DNA of 62,006 nt, from the IMG/VR virus record IMGVR_UViG_3300033182_000774, positions 1 to 62,006 of that record, one strand, 5' to 3'. Shown in pieces: positions 28,582 through 37,559 of the stretch. The translations under genes were made by a program, and so were the position numbers. This DNA comes from a virus. Its lineage: Duplodnaviria > Caudoviricetes. Positions within the stretch are counted from its first letter, which is position 1. Each line of letters starts with the position of its first letter. The notes under the pieces were generated by a model. It saw nothing but the letters and a program-made list of their open reading frames with translations. It made no database searches and was not told the DNA's origin.

Positions 28582-28886
28582 CAGGCGGCCAATGCAGCAT
28601 CTATGACATCTTTTGCTTTCTTTTTGCCTACATCTTGAGCCTTGACGCATTTTTCCACCAAACCCTTTGACAGAAAATACTCGCACAACTCATCTCTTGC
28701 ATTATAAAGCGAAATATCTTCAGACATCCCAACTTCGACATCACAACGCTTTTTATCTTCAAACCATTTTCTGTTTGAAAAAGACACTCCGTATTTTTGA
28801 CAGATATTATCGATATCTTTCTCGCAAGACTTCCATGTCTCAAAATCTCCTGCTACCAATTCAAATGACATATCCAGTTTCATCAC
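28581..28886 (-). CDS. Hypothetical protein in the immunity operon
   Basis: GGAG RBS; between repressor and integrase. Confidence 0.65.
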   Translation of the reverse strand: MMKLDMSFELVAGDFETWKSCEKDIDNICQKYGVSFSNRKWFEDKKRCDVEVGMSEDISLYNARDELCEYFLSKGLVEKCVKAQDVGKKKAKDVIDAALAA

Positions 28887-28891
28887 GCTCC

Positions 28892-29266
28892 TTAATTACT
28901 CAGTTCTCTTCTAGCAAATTCCAACGCCATTTTCTGTGCATCTACAGTCTGCTGTAGATACTCGTTTTCTTTTTTTGCAGATGCCAATTCTGCCTTGAGC
29001 TTCTCAATTTCAGCCTGCATCTCCCCTTCAGAGGGCTGTTCGACTGCATACATCTGGCCCTTGCCGTAGAGCAGCCAGTCTGCATTGATTGAATAAGACT
29101 CATTGAGAGTGTTTAAAATATTTGCACTGAATTCCGATTCATTCCGCTCCAGGCGGGATACCTTGCGCTGATCATAGCCAAGCAGATCCGCAAGATGCTT
29201 CTGACTCAGTCGTTCCTTTTTGCGGAAGTCTTTTAAACGACTCCCGGGGGTTTGTTCTAAATCCAT
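28892..29266 (-). CDS. CI-like XRE helix-turn-helix repressor
   Basis: RLKDFRKKERLSQKHLADLLG..VSRLE..INADWLLYGKGQM; C-terminal coiled coil. Confidence 0.88.
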   Translation of the reverse strand: MDLEQTPGSRLKDFRKKERLSQKHLADLLGYDQRKVSRLERNESEFSANILNTLNESYSINADWLLYGKGQMYAVEQPSEGEMQAEIEKLKAELASAKKENEYLQQTVDAQKMALEFARRELSN

Positions 29267-29328
29267 ATTGATTTTGGGTTTTCAGATTTTGTTTTTTCTA
29301 AACATAACGCCCTTTCTGAAAAAAAAGT

Positions 29329-29356
29329 TTGACATAGGCATAGAATGCACTATTTT
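29329..29356 (+). promoter_or_regulatory. Rightward lytic promoter, divergent from the repressor
   Basis: TTGACA-N16-TATTTT preceded by an A-tract. Confidence 0.55.
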
Positions 29357-29413
29357 AAGGCATCCTGATTACATATTTGCCTACTGATTGTCGCTGATTG
29401 CGAAGGATTCAAG

Positions 29414-29779
29414 ATGACCGAAGCGTGGTTCGAGATGCAAGATAAAAAAACCGATTTTGAAAAAGCACTGTTCCATGCCAACGCCATCTTCAGCAATCCG
29501 TTGCGGTTCATAGGATCACGGGACAGAAATAATTTCACGTTTCAGCCTTGGGGACTGCGGACCAAGATCAACGTGCGCTTCATCAGGGACGAAGACGGGA
29601 ACCTGATTGAGTTCGTTGAGGTAAGAACTAGGCGGATGAGGCTGGCAATTGATGTCAGACCCGTCCGAATTCACATCGGTCTGAGCAAGAAGGAGAAGGA
29701 ACGCACCATTTATGTCCCATATTACGAACTTCCACACTACTGGAAAAGTATAGAGGCAGAAAATGTTACAGCCGACTAA
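29414..29779 (+). CDS. Hypothetical protein
   Basis: AAGGA RBS; first gene of the rightward operon. Confidence 0.6.
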   Translation: MTEAWFEMQDKKTDFEKALFHANAIFSNPLRFIGSRDRNNFTFQPWGLRTKINVRFIRDEDGNLIEFVEVRTRRMRLAIDVRPVRIHIGLSKKEKERTIYVPYYELPHYWKSIEAENVTAD

Positions 29780-30575
29780 CACTAAGGTGATTCGTCTTGG
29801 CTACACAAACTCCAACGACATGGAGGATTGTGGCAGGAAGCTTTATTACAAGAAGGTTCTGAAACTCCCAGACCCACCATCTCATCCCATGGTTTCCGGG
29901 TACATCATTGAGGCCGGGACAGAGGCGCACTGCACTAATTTAATGACAGGGATCTTTGGTTGTGATGTCCGGGAAGCCATGCAGGAGGAAATGGACCAGC
30001 ACTACCTTGCCTTGAACGAAGGCGACCAGAAGCTGGTGTTTGAAGAGTTTGAAGACAACGTGAAGTCAGTGAATCTCTACACCGATATGATCGATTTTGA
30101 ACCGATTGCCATGCAGGAGTGGACGAACTTCAAGCTTGACGGAATTGAAAGGCCAGGATCTGGGAAGCTGGATTTAAGGGCCATGCGGAACGGACGCATG
30201 GGGATCATTGACTGGAAGAGGGTGAAGACTAAATCAAAGCCTCAAGCCAAGCCTGCCTACAAGCTTCAGTTGGCTCTGTACGCTCTTCACACGATGAAAA
30301 AATACAACCTGGAAGAGATCCCCTGGACAGAGAATCACATTTTTTATGCGGGTGGCAAGCCCCCGGTCATCATCCGCCAAGAGATCACAGCAGAAGATAT
30401 TTACGAGGCTGTGTATCGACAGAGAATCCTCCACCAGAAGCTGGAAATGGGCTTTTTCCCCATGAACCGCCAATCCTTCTTATGTAAACCGACATTCTGT
30501 GCCTATTACGACAAATGTCATTTCGAGAATTTTGAAACCCTAGACGAGTTGTTAGATGGAATCCAAATACAGTGA
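29763..30575 (+). CDS. PD-(D/E)XK exonuclease (Cas4/RecB-like)
   Basis: DCGRKLYY, GKLD, IIDWK, QLALY and C..C....C motifs. Confidence 0.85.
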   Translation: MLQPTNTKVIRLGYTNSNDMEDCGRKLYYKKVLKLPDPPSHPMVSGYIIEAGTEAHCTNLMTGIFGCDVREAMQEEMDQHYLALNEGDQKLVFEEFEDNVKSVNLYTDMIDFEPIAMQEWTNFKLDGIERPGSGKLDLRAMRNGRMGIIDWKRVKTKSKPQAKPAYKLQLALYALHTMKKYNLEEIPWTENHIFYAGGKPPVIIRQEITAEDIYEAVYRQRILHQKLEMGFFPMNRQSFLCKPTFCAYYDKCHFENFETLDELLDGIQIQ

Positions 30576-30659
30576 GCCTAAAGCTTTGCGGTATTTGCTC
30601 AACATGGTGAGTGGCAATTGCCTGGAAACAGATCAACAGATTGATAAAGCGAGGACCAA

Positions 30660-30845
30660 ATGCCTGAAGAAATCCAAAAACAAATAACACTGATCATTGA
30701 GTACGCAAAAAGAGCAGATTCAGCGGTTGATGAGGCAGACTACGGAAGTGCTAAATCCTTCCTCTTCAACGTCATCGCCAGCGGAGAGTCCGCAAAACTT
30801 CTCTTGGAAGAAGCGACCAAAAAGCGCATCGACATCAAGGTCTGA
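30660..30845 (+). CDS. Hypothetical protein
   Basis: GAGG RBS; helical sequence. Confidence 0.6.
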   Translation: MPEEIQKQITLIIEYAKRADSAVDEADYGSAKSFLFNVIASGESAKLLLEEATKKRIDIKV

Positions 30846-31119
30846 GGTCAGGTGGAGCAATGAGCAGATCAGTAACAGGAAGCGTGACAAGAAAATCAGG
30901 GAACGTCTTATACTTCATGGTTATATACCTGATGGGAATACCTACCCATGTCTGTGCGGTAAGTATGACGAGCCAACTGTCTGGTGGCTCTCTGGAAACA
31001 GGAAACGCCCCAATCACCTTTTCTGCTTCAGATGCACCAAGCGGGTGCTGGAAATCGACATATCCAAAGCAATCAAGGAATGGAAAGAACTGAATGGAAA
31101 AGTGGGCGAACAGATTTAG
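30697..31119 (+). CDS. Zn-ribbon protein, possibly Lar-like (start uncertain)
   Basis: PCLCG..FCFRC..KAIKEW pattern in the C-terminal half. Confidence 0.4.
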   Translation: MSTQKEQIQRLMRQTTEVLNPSSSTSSPAESPQNFSWKKRPKSASTSRSEVRWSNEQISNRKRDKKIRERLILHGYIPDGNTYPCLCGKYDEPTVWWLSGNRKRPNHLFCFRCTKRVLEIDISKAIKEWKELNGKVGEQI

Positions 31120-31273
31120 TTTCGGTCCCCTCACTGTTAGCTACAGCACCTTCGCCCAAGGGTGGGAGGTTGTGGAGAAGCACGGGGATCGTGAGGTAGC
31201 CTTCCGCTGGTTCCCGTCATTAAAGAAGGCGGAGGCGTTTGCATACAGCAGACTTAACAAGGGAACCATTTAA
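31094..31273 (+). CDS. 59-aa hypothetical protein (not in ORF track)
   Basis: MEKWANRF...FPSLKKAEAFAY; fills the gap before the ATPase. Confidence 0.5.
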   Translation: MEKWANRFSFGPLTVSYSTFAQGWEVVEKHGDREVAFRWFPSLKKAEAFAYSRLNKGTI

Positions 31274-31294
31274 CCTTAGTGAAGGAGGCCATGG

Positions 31295-32137
31295 ATGGCT
31301 TTAAAAGACAATTTCAGAACGGAGGCAATTGTGCTTCCGCCTAAATGGGGCGTGTATGGAAAACACGGCTCTGGAAAATCAACACTCGCACTCTCAAGCG
31401 GGAAAAAGACAGTGGTCCTGAATACGGACAACGGGATTGAAGAAGTCCTGCAACAAACAAAAGGCGACATCTGGGTTCAGGATTTCATTCCTGAAGTCAA
31501 GGAAGCAAAAGGTGCGAACCAAGTCAGTCATGAAACCAACAGCAAGATGTGGCTGGGCTTACTCGACACTCTCAGGGATCTCGCACGTGAAAAGCATGAC
31601 CGACAAGTCCTGGTCATAGATTCTTTAGATGCGGCGGACACGCTGGCACATAGCCACAGCTGTCATGAACTGGGTGTGGCTGCTATCGACGAAGTAGGTT
31701 TCGGCAAAGGGTGGGGACGCTTGCGCGGGAACATGCAAGTTCTCCTGAATGCTCTTTCCTACCTTAACCGGGAGAAACAGATGGAGATCATCGTCGTTGG
31801 CCATGCCCAGGTTCGTCAGGTCAAAGATCCGACGATGGAAAGCTTTGACAGCTTTACCTTAAAGCTGAACAAGCACTCTGCTCAGGACGTGCCTGAATGG
31901 CTGGATGCCCTGTTCTTTCTCGCATACAAGTCCATCATCCAGTCAACGGATGCTGGTTTTGGAAGGAAGGACAAGCGGGAGATCAATACTGGTGAGCGGG
32001 TTCTCTACACTGGCGGAACCAGTGGGGCTGAAACCAAGAACCGGTTCAATCTGCCACCGGAAATGCCTGCGGACTACCATGAGCTGCACAAACTCATCAA
32101 TGAGTCCAGAGCAAGCTCTATGAAGGAGGCCGCATGA
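31295..32137 (+). CDS. AAA_24 / Sak4-like ssDNA-annealing ATPase
   Basis: VYGKHGSGKST Walker A, LVIDSLD Walker B, GFGKGW, KNRF. Confidence 0.88.
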   Translation: MALKDNFRTEAIVLPPKWGVYGKHGSGKSTLALSSGKKTVVLNTDNGIEEVLQQTKGDIWVQDFIPEVKEAKGANQVSHETNSKMWLGLLDTLRDLAREKHDRQVLVIDSLDAADTLAHSHSCHELGVAAIDEVGFGKGWGRLRGNMQVLLNALSYLNREKQMEIIVVGHAQVRQVKDPTMESFDSFTLKLNKHSAQDVPEWLDALFFLAYKSIIQSTDAGFGRKDKREINTGERVLYTGGTSGAETKNRFNLPPEMPADYHELHKLINESRASSMKEAA

Positions 32138-32658
32138 GCTTTGAAGATTTCCAGGGAGGATTCGTCATTGACGATATTGAGGAAGAGGCTTCTGTTCCTG
32201 AACAGTCAATAGAGCGGGAGAAGATCACTGTTCCTCCTGGGACTGGCTACAACGTCAGAATCAAGCCAGTCAATTTTGCAAAGGCTGTCCAAAAGAACGG
32301 GTTCTGGAAGGCGACCATGGTGCTGGAACTGATCGATGGCCCCTACGCAGGCGGAGCGTTGTATATCAACCTCTGGCACAACAATGGTTCCACGCCCAAA
32401 GGGAAACAGCGTGATGCGATGGCCAAGCGTGAGGTCGCACAAATCGCAAAGGCGGTTGGTGTGGTTGGAAGGCTTGACAACATTAGCGATCAACTGGCAG
32501 GCAAGACCCTGACCTGTGATTACATCAAGGCTGAAAAATCAGAATGGTGTAACGCTAAAAACTTCAGGCCACTTGGTTCTTTAAAGAGTGAGCCTGCACC
32601 TAAGCCAAAGCCCCAGACTGAGGGGCCGACTGAGCCGTCAGACGACATTCCGTTTTGA
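32134..32658 (+). CDS. ssDNA-binding protein (DUF669-like)
   Basis: VPPG.Y.V.I, DGPYAG, C-terminal DDIPF; follows the Sak4-like gene. Confidence 0.75.
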   Translation: MSFEDFQGGFVIDDIEEEASVPEQSIEREKITVPPGTGYNVRIKPVNFAKAVQKNGFWKATMVLELIDGPYAGGALYINLWHNNGSTPKGKQRDAMAKREVAQIAKAVGVVGRLDNISDQLAGKTLTCDYIKAEKSEWCNAKNFRPLGSLKSEPAPKPKPQTEGPTEPSDDIPF

Positions 32659-33068
32659 CGAAAATTGAGCGGAGGCTCCCGTGGCCTCCGAGTGTCAACA
32701 CCATGTACCGGTGCTGGCAGGGAAGAAACATTCTTTCCAAAAAAGGACGGGAATACAAAAAGACCTGTGCCGGTCTATTAAAGAAGGAAAAGATTATTTT
32801 TCCTACAGAACGATTAAGGCTGACAATCAGACTGTATGCTCCAAACAGACGCAAATACGACATCAGTAACAGAATTAAAGCAGTGGAGGATGAATTGATT
32901 GGTCGGCTGATTACAGACGATGAGCAAATCGATGATGAGCGCATCGTCAGGTGTGAGCTAGACCCTGAAAAACAGGGTTATGCAATCTTGGAATTGGAGG
33001 CCATTGAATCAGAGATACACCTACAAGGATGCGGACGGACGGGAGCTATATCAAGTAGTCAGGATTAA
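32655..33068 (+). CDS. rusA: Holliday junction resolvase RusA
   Basis: LPWPPSVN..D..N..K...D..DD.QI. Confidence 0.9.
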   Translation: MTKIERRLPWPPSVNTMYRCWQGRNILSKKGREYKKTCAGLLKKEKIIFPTERLRLTIRLYAPNRRKYDISNRIKAVEDELIGRLITDDEQIDDERIVRCELDPEKQGYAILELEAIESEIHLQGCGRTGAISSSQD

Positions 33069-35319
33069 AAGGCCAGACGGGACAAAAACCTTCTATCGTT
33101 GTCACCACGACGAGAATGGAAACGAAGTCAAAGGCTGGAACGGACTACAGCAAGTCCCCTACCGACTGGAAACCTTTAGAGAGAATAACACTGGAGGCTT
33201 TATTTTCTGCGAAGGCGAGAAAGACGTAGACCGATTAATAAGTTTAGGACTGCCTGCGACTGGCGTTGCTGGAGGGGCGAATGGAATCACCCCGTTGCTG
33301 AAGAAACAACCCATGTTCTTCAACGACTACTTCAGTAGTTTCAAGGGTGCGATTGTTATCCCGGATAATGATGACCCAGGCCGCGAATACGCCAATCAGG
33401 TATCCAGCGAACTGAGTAAGCTGGGAATCGATGTTGTGCAGTCCATGCTCCCCGGATTACCCCATGGAGGGGATGTTTCAGACTGGCTGGATGCCAATCC
33501 GGGGGCAACCCCAAACCAACTTCTGGATGCACTTGACCAGAATGCTGTCGAGTGGGAAGAGCCAGAGCCTGAGCCTTCCAAGATCCCCTTCAGCATCGAT
33601 GTCGAACAGGAACTCAAAGGTGTTGAGCGGGGCGGTGGCGAAAACAAGATTGAAGACACTTTCCTAGACATCGCCCAGGCATGTCAGAACAAGAAATTCG
33701 TCAGCGATAACCAGTTCAACGGACTCTGTCCTGCTCACGACGATAGACAGGCTTCGCTGACTGTCACCCTTGATAAAGACAATATCCTGATGCGGTGCCA
33801 TGCGGGATGCTCATTCTCCAGCATCGTGTCCGCATTCGGAATCAAGCAGTCTCAAACCTTCCGACATCGACGCGCGGAACTGGAATACAGGCAGGCACAG
33901 CAACTCCCGGGGCCAAGCGCAGACGAAATCAAGGAACTCGCAAAGTCCCTGCTGGAGAAGTCTGAGCCTGAAGAATTCAACCATTCCCTGCTACCGCCCA
34001 TCATTCAGGAATATGTGGCGGACGCAGCCGAGCTTACCACGGCCAGTCCCATTATTATTCTAAGCACCTTGTTGGCCTCTATTGGTGCTGGGGCTGGTCG
34101 AAATCTATCTGTGCAGGACCCTGACTACTATGTCGCCCTTTACCCAAATCTCTGGGCATTGTCGATCATGGGATCTGGGTCCTACAAATCAACTGCACTC
34201 AATATCGGCGCACGATGCCTCTTGGACGACGAAAAATTCGTCATGGGCAAGGTCAAGGACGAAGAGGACCGCATCAGAACCCTGCGGGATGCCGGTACCG
34301 ATCCAGAGGATGAGGAACTTCAGCAATGCCTGAAGGATGTCGAATTTTTTCAGGCACAGCGCAAGATCCTTCCAGCCAAATCCACCTGGGAAGCCTGCAT
34401 CAACCGCATCGATCAAACGGGCGGGGGGCTGTGGCTTCTATCCGAATTCGGTGGCTGGCTTGCTGGCCTTGAATCCAAACACAACAACAGTAGCGGATTC
34501 AAACACGCCATAACAGAAATCTACGATGTTCCCGATTTCTACGAACACAGTACAGTAGGACGGGGTTCCCGGATTCTCAGGAATCCATTTGTCGGAATTG
34601 CTGGAGTCAGCACCCTCCCCTTCCTAGAGGGGCTTCTCTCTAAAGACGATGCGGCCACAGGGTTTCTCGCCCGTTTCATGCTGTTTCGTCCGCCTGAAAA
34701 AAAGGAAATTCCAGAGGCATTGCCAAACCCTGATCAGGCCAAGATGCGGGACAAGCCTGCCTACGGGCTGGTCTACGAGATTCTGGAAAACCTGAAGTTG
34801 ATGACAGTCCCGCTGGAATACACGCTGACACCCAAGGCGAAGCAAATCTTCACGGAGTTTCATAACGGGATCTTCAAAAGACTCCATGACAGCCCAGACG
34901 TGCTGAAGGAAGTGATCGATCCCTTCTGCAAACGCTGGTCACCGGGTGCCATTAAAGTCGCAATGATCAACCAGTATCTGCTGGACTCCAAGTCTACTCA
35001 GATCGGAGAACACGCCATGGCTGGTGCTATCTCTGTCATCAACTATGCAGAGAAATCAACGCGGTTCCTGTTCAGCAACAACCTTGGAACCTCTGCACAT
35101 CATCAGAAACAACAAAAGATTCTGGACTATCTCGCAAGACGAGGCGGGACCACGACCAGAGGAAAACTTCATGCCAGTAAAATTCTGGGAGGAGGCGCAA
35201 AAGACTATGACTACGTTCTGGAATCCTTAGAAACAGCCTGTGAGATCGCTATGGAACGAAGCGAAGGTAAGCTTACTCCAGGCACCAAAATTATGCTTTC
35301 TTCAGGTGGATCTAAATGA
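32980..35319 (+). CDS. Primase-helicase (TOPRIM, Zn-binding domain, DUF3987/YfjI-like NTPase)
   Basis: CEGEKD, PDND, GGDVSDWL; CPAHDD..CHAGC; YPNLW..SGSYKS, GFLARF; possible TTG start at 33004. Confidence 0.85.
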   Translation: MQSWNWRPLNQRYTYKDADGRELYQVVRIKRPDGTKTFYRCHHDENGNEVKGWNGLQQVPYRLETFRENNTGGFIFCEGEKDVDRLISLGLPATGVAGGANGITPLLKKQPMFFNDYFSSFKGAIVIPDNDDPGREYANQVSSELSKLGIDVVQSMLPGLPHGGDVSDWLDANPGATPNQLLDALDQNAVEWEEPEPEPSKIPFSIDVEQELKGVERGGGENKIEDTFLDIAQACQNKKFVSDNQFNGLCPAHDDRQASLTVTLDKDNILMRCHAGCSFSSIVSAFGIKQSQTFRHRRAELEYRQAQQLPGPSADEIKELAKSLLEKSEPEEFNHSLLPPIIQEYVADAAELTTASPIIILSTLLASIGAGAGRNLSVQDPDYYVALYPNLWALSIMGSGSYKSTALNIGARCLLDDEKFVMGKVKDEEDRIRTLRDAGTDPEDEELQQCLKDVEFFQAQRKILPAKSTWEACINRIDQTGGGLWLLSEFGGWLAGLESKHNNSSGFKHAITEIYDVPDFYEHSTVGRGSRILRNPFVGIAGVSTLPFLEGLLSKDDAATGFLARFMLFRPPEKKEIPEALPNPDQAKMRDKPAYGLVYEILENLKLMTVPLEYTLTPKAKQIFTEFHNGIFKRLHDSPDVLKEVIDPFCKRWSPGAIKVAMINQYLLDSKSTQIGEHAMAGAISVINYAEKSTRFLFSNNLGTSAHHQKQQKILDYLARRGGTTTRGKLHASKILGGGAKDYDYVLESLETACEIAMERSEGKLTPGTKIMLSSGGSK

Positions 35320-35591
35320 CTACCACAAAGGTCCACCACACATCACGCTCAGGCCAAGAGCCGTCACTGACAGCCGTAACGGGTGAAATACACCATCGTG
35401 GGGATGATGGAGCAAGTGTCAGTCAGGTTGAATATTCCTGCTTACTAGCGGTTCAAAACGATGTAGGCCCCCTGAAAAAGCCTGAAAGTTGTCTGAGCGG
35501 GATGCCTCTCTTGAGATGGAAGCGGGAGATCCGCACCAATCAAAAAGGGGAGGAATTCTATCACTATTACATCAAAGGAGTGCCTAGATGA
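35316..35591 (+). CDS. Hypothetical protein
   Basis: Operon position; overlaps the primase stop. Confidence 0.45.
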   Translation: MTTTKVHHTSRSGQEPSLTAVTGEIHHRGDDGASVSQVEYSCLLAVQNDVGPLKKPESCLSGMPLLRWKREIRTNQKGEEFYHYYIKGVPR

Positions 35592-35911
35592 AATCAAACT
35601 ACAACCACCAAATGATCATCTTCTTCCAGCATGAGCCATGGAAGAAAACCATGAACCCACGGATCTACATCAGCCCGTGCGGAAACTACAGAATCAAGCG
35701 GTCAGCTGGCAGGCTGTATTCTGGCAAGGACAACAGAACCGAATTGTTTACGCTGGATAAAAACGAAAATTGGCAACACGTCGGTTATTACGCCGACACC
35801 CCGGAAGCCAAATCCGCTGCTGGCTACAAAGAGAAATATGTCAGCGCATCTGGCGTTGCACTCAACGATGCCGGCATTAAGGAATATCTCGCGCGTAAGG
35901 AGGCGGCATGA
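35588..35911 (+). CDS. Hypothetical protein
   Basis: AAGGAG RBS; ends KEAA, coupled to the next gene. Confidence 0.6.
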   Translation: MKSNYNHQMIIFFQHEPWKKTMNPRIYISPCGNYRIKRSAGRLYSGKDNRTELFTLDKNENWQHVGYYADTPEAKSAAGYKEKYVSASGVALNDAGIKEYLARKEAA

Positions 35912-36135
35912 GGGAGTATAAGGGAGTATGGGGGAGTAAAAGGTTGTCTAAAAGTTTGATCACCCCATTAGAACAACTCGAACTGGACAACTTCCACCTC
36001 CGGGAAAAAGACGAACCACGGAACCGATGTAGTTTTTGTCGGAACGACTCCCTAGTGGAAGCACATGGACACCACCATTGCACCTATTGCGGTCAGGCAA
36101 ACTTCGTCTGCTGTGATGGGGAGATGGCTGGTTAA
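35908..36135 (+). CDS. Small Zn-finger protein
   Basis: CSFC..HGHHHCTYC..CCDG; AGGAGG RBS. Confidence 0.65.
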   Translation: MREYKGVWGSKRLSKSLITPLEQLELDNFHLREKDEPRNRCSFCRNDSLVEAHGHHHCTYCGQANFVCCDGEMAG

Positions 36136-36138
36136 CGA

Positions 36139-36347
36139 ATTGGCAGGGTGGCCCCATCCGTAAGGACGGGCTGGCTAACTGAAGCATATTTTAGTCAACA
36201 GACCGACTGCAATAATGCGGAAGGCTGATTTTAAAAACATTAGCGGTGAGGCTCCGAAGGCTGTAGACCCGCAAAGATTGTTTTTTGCGACAAATAATAT
36301 GGCTGGTTGCTTGTTACTTCACGTTAGTTCTTCAACACCCTGCTAAT
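36139..36347 (+). ncRNA. Predicted structured ncRNA (about 209 nt)
   Basis: 12-bp closing stem ATTGGCAGGGTG/CACCCTGCTAAT (G-U pair valid only on +); GTAA-capped hairpin; GCTAACTGAAG/CTTCACGTTAGT inner helix. Confidence 0.55.
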
Positions 36348-36353
36348 GATCAC

Positions 36354-36423
36354 GCCCCGTGTATGGCCTGTGGTTTAACTTAGGTTGAGCTCGCCACAGA
36401 TCACCATAGTGGAGCCACGGGGC
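36354..36423 (+). ncRNA. Second structured element (nested stem-loop)
   Basis: GCCCCGTG/CACGGGGC, TATGG/CCATA, CTGTGG/CCACAG and GTTTAAC/GTTGAGC nested helices. Confidence 0.5.
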
Positions 36424-36457
36424 ACCTACCCGGACACTTTAAAGACACTTTTAAGAC

Positions 36458-36925
36458 ATGTATGAAAACAGGCTTACCTTTGTGAAATTCAGCCACTTTG
36501 TTGAATACAAGCAGAAAGGAAAGTTCGTTCAAAAGATTCCACATGATGTCTATCAATGTTCATGTGGAAACCAGAAAACCATTGAACGATACAAGGTCAA
36601 AAACGGAAGGACGCGGTCCTGTGGCTGTCTCGCAAAAGAGGTTCATTCCAAGCGGATGAAATCTGAAGAGATGGTCAAACACCGCAGGGTTGGTGGAAAC
36701 GAAGGCAATAAATACGGAGCAGGACCTAAAAAAGGGAATGTGCCGTTCAACAAGGGGAAAGTGTTCATGCCTGACCGACCAGGGAGGTTTGGAAGCACTG
36801 GATATTACGTTACGCCAGAAAGGGCGGATGCCATCTATTATGACCTCGAAGGTGAGGTTCATTCGGCAAGAGTTAAGGTTGCCCACAACAAAGGGAAAAA
36901 ATTCAAAGACGGGAAATACATATGA
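36458..36925 (+). CDS. Protein derived from homing-endonuclease DNA-binding modules
   Basis: CSCGN..GRTRSCGC Zn module plus two NUMOD3-like (P/A)(F/H)NKGK motifs; no HNH catalytic motif seen. Confidence 0.6.
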   Translation: MYENRLTFVKFSHFVEYKQKGKFVQKIPHDVYQCSCGNQKTIERYKVKNGRTRSCGCLAKEVHSKRMKSEEMVKHRRVGGNEGNKYGAGPKKGNVPFNKGKVFMPDRPGRFGSTGYYVTPERADAIYYDLEGEVHSARVKVAHNKGKKFKDGKYI

Positions 36926-37104
36926 ATGATTTTGAAAGACTGGTCAAAGAAATGCGGGAAGCACAAAAACGATTCTTCGCCGCGAAAAAATCCGGGGAGT
37001 CGAAGGCTTTGCTGTCAGCCAAATTGGATGCGGCTGTCACCCTAGAAGATAAAGTGGATACCCATCTGATGGGTCAGATGACTATGAAATTCGATCTGGA
37101 TTAA
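36922..37104 (+). CDS. Hypothetical protein
   Basis: F..LV.EMREAQK.FF..LE.KVD small phage protein pattern; ATGA coupling. Confidence 0.6.
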   Translation: MNDFERLVKEMREAQKRFFAAKKSGESKALLSAKLDAAVTLEDKVDTHLMGQMTMKFDLD

Positions 37105-37106
37105 TT

Positions 37107-37559
37107 ATGTTTCAAAATCACCAGGATGGTGTGATTTGCGAATTGGAAGCCAGGAAAGAATTTAATAAATTTGGCTGGTACACCTATGATGCTGACAGCC
37201 AGTTTTGTCCCGATGATTTTGTGGCTCGATCTGGGGACCAGATGTATTCTGTGTCCGTTAAAAAAGCCACTTTTGAAAGAAATGTTGAAGGATCGATGGC
37301 AATTCAACTCGCATCAAATCCACCACATAATGTGCCATTTTCTAAATGCCACTACGACATTGTCGCTGGGGTCAGCCTGGAATTGGGTAAGACGTTTTTA
37401 ATCAGAAAATGCGATACCGATGTCGAAACCTATATCACATTAAGATTTAATCGGGATTTGAGGAAATCCGGTGGTCGTCACTCCCATGATCCTGACATCT
37501 TTTTCCGACCTGATTGGTTCACCAAACAAGACTTCTCCCTTCCGCTCCACGTCGGTTAG
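37107..37559 (+). CDS. PD-(D/E)XK endonuclease-like protein
   Basis: G..CE..A, PDDFV, SVSVK motifs. Confidence 0.65.
   Translation: MFQNHQDGVICELEARKEFNKFGWYTYDADSQFCPDDFVARSGDQMYSVSVKKATFERNVEGSMAIQLASNPPHNVPFSKCHYDIVAGVSLELGKTFLIRKCDTDVETYITLRFNRDLRKSGGRHSHDPDIFFRPDWFTKQDFSLPLHVG

Noticed and set aside
28582-28686. N-terminal extension of the integrase in the ORF track
   Set aside because: It overlaps the upstream gene; the coupled ATG at 28581 is the better start.
29763-30575. CRISPR-Cas system (Cas4-like gene)
   Set aside because: No repeat-spacer array or other cas genes seen; the context is a Sak4/SSB recombination module.
36139-36423. Hammerhead ribozyme or self-splicing intron
   Set aside because: No CUGANGA/GAAA core or intron boundary motifs found, and flanking genes are not interrupted.
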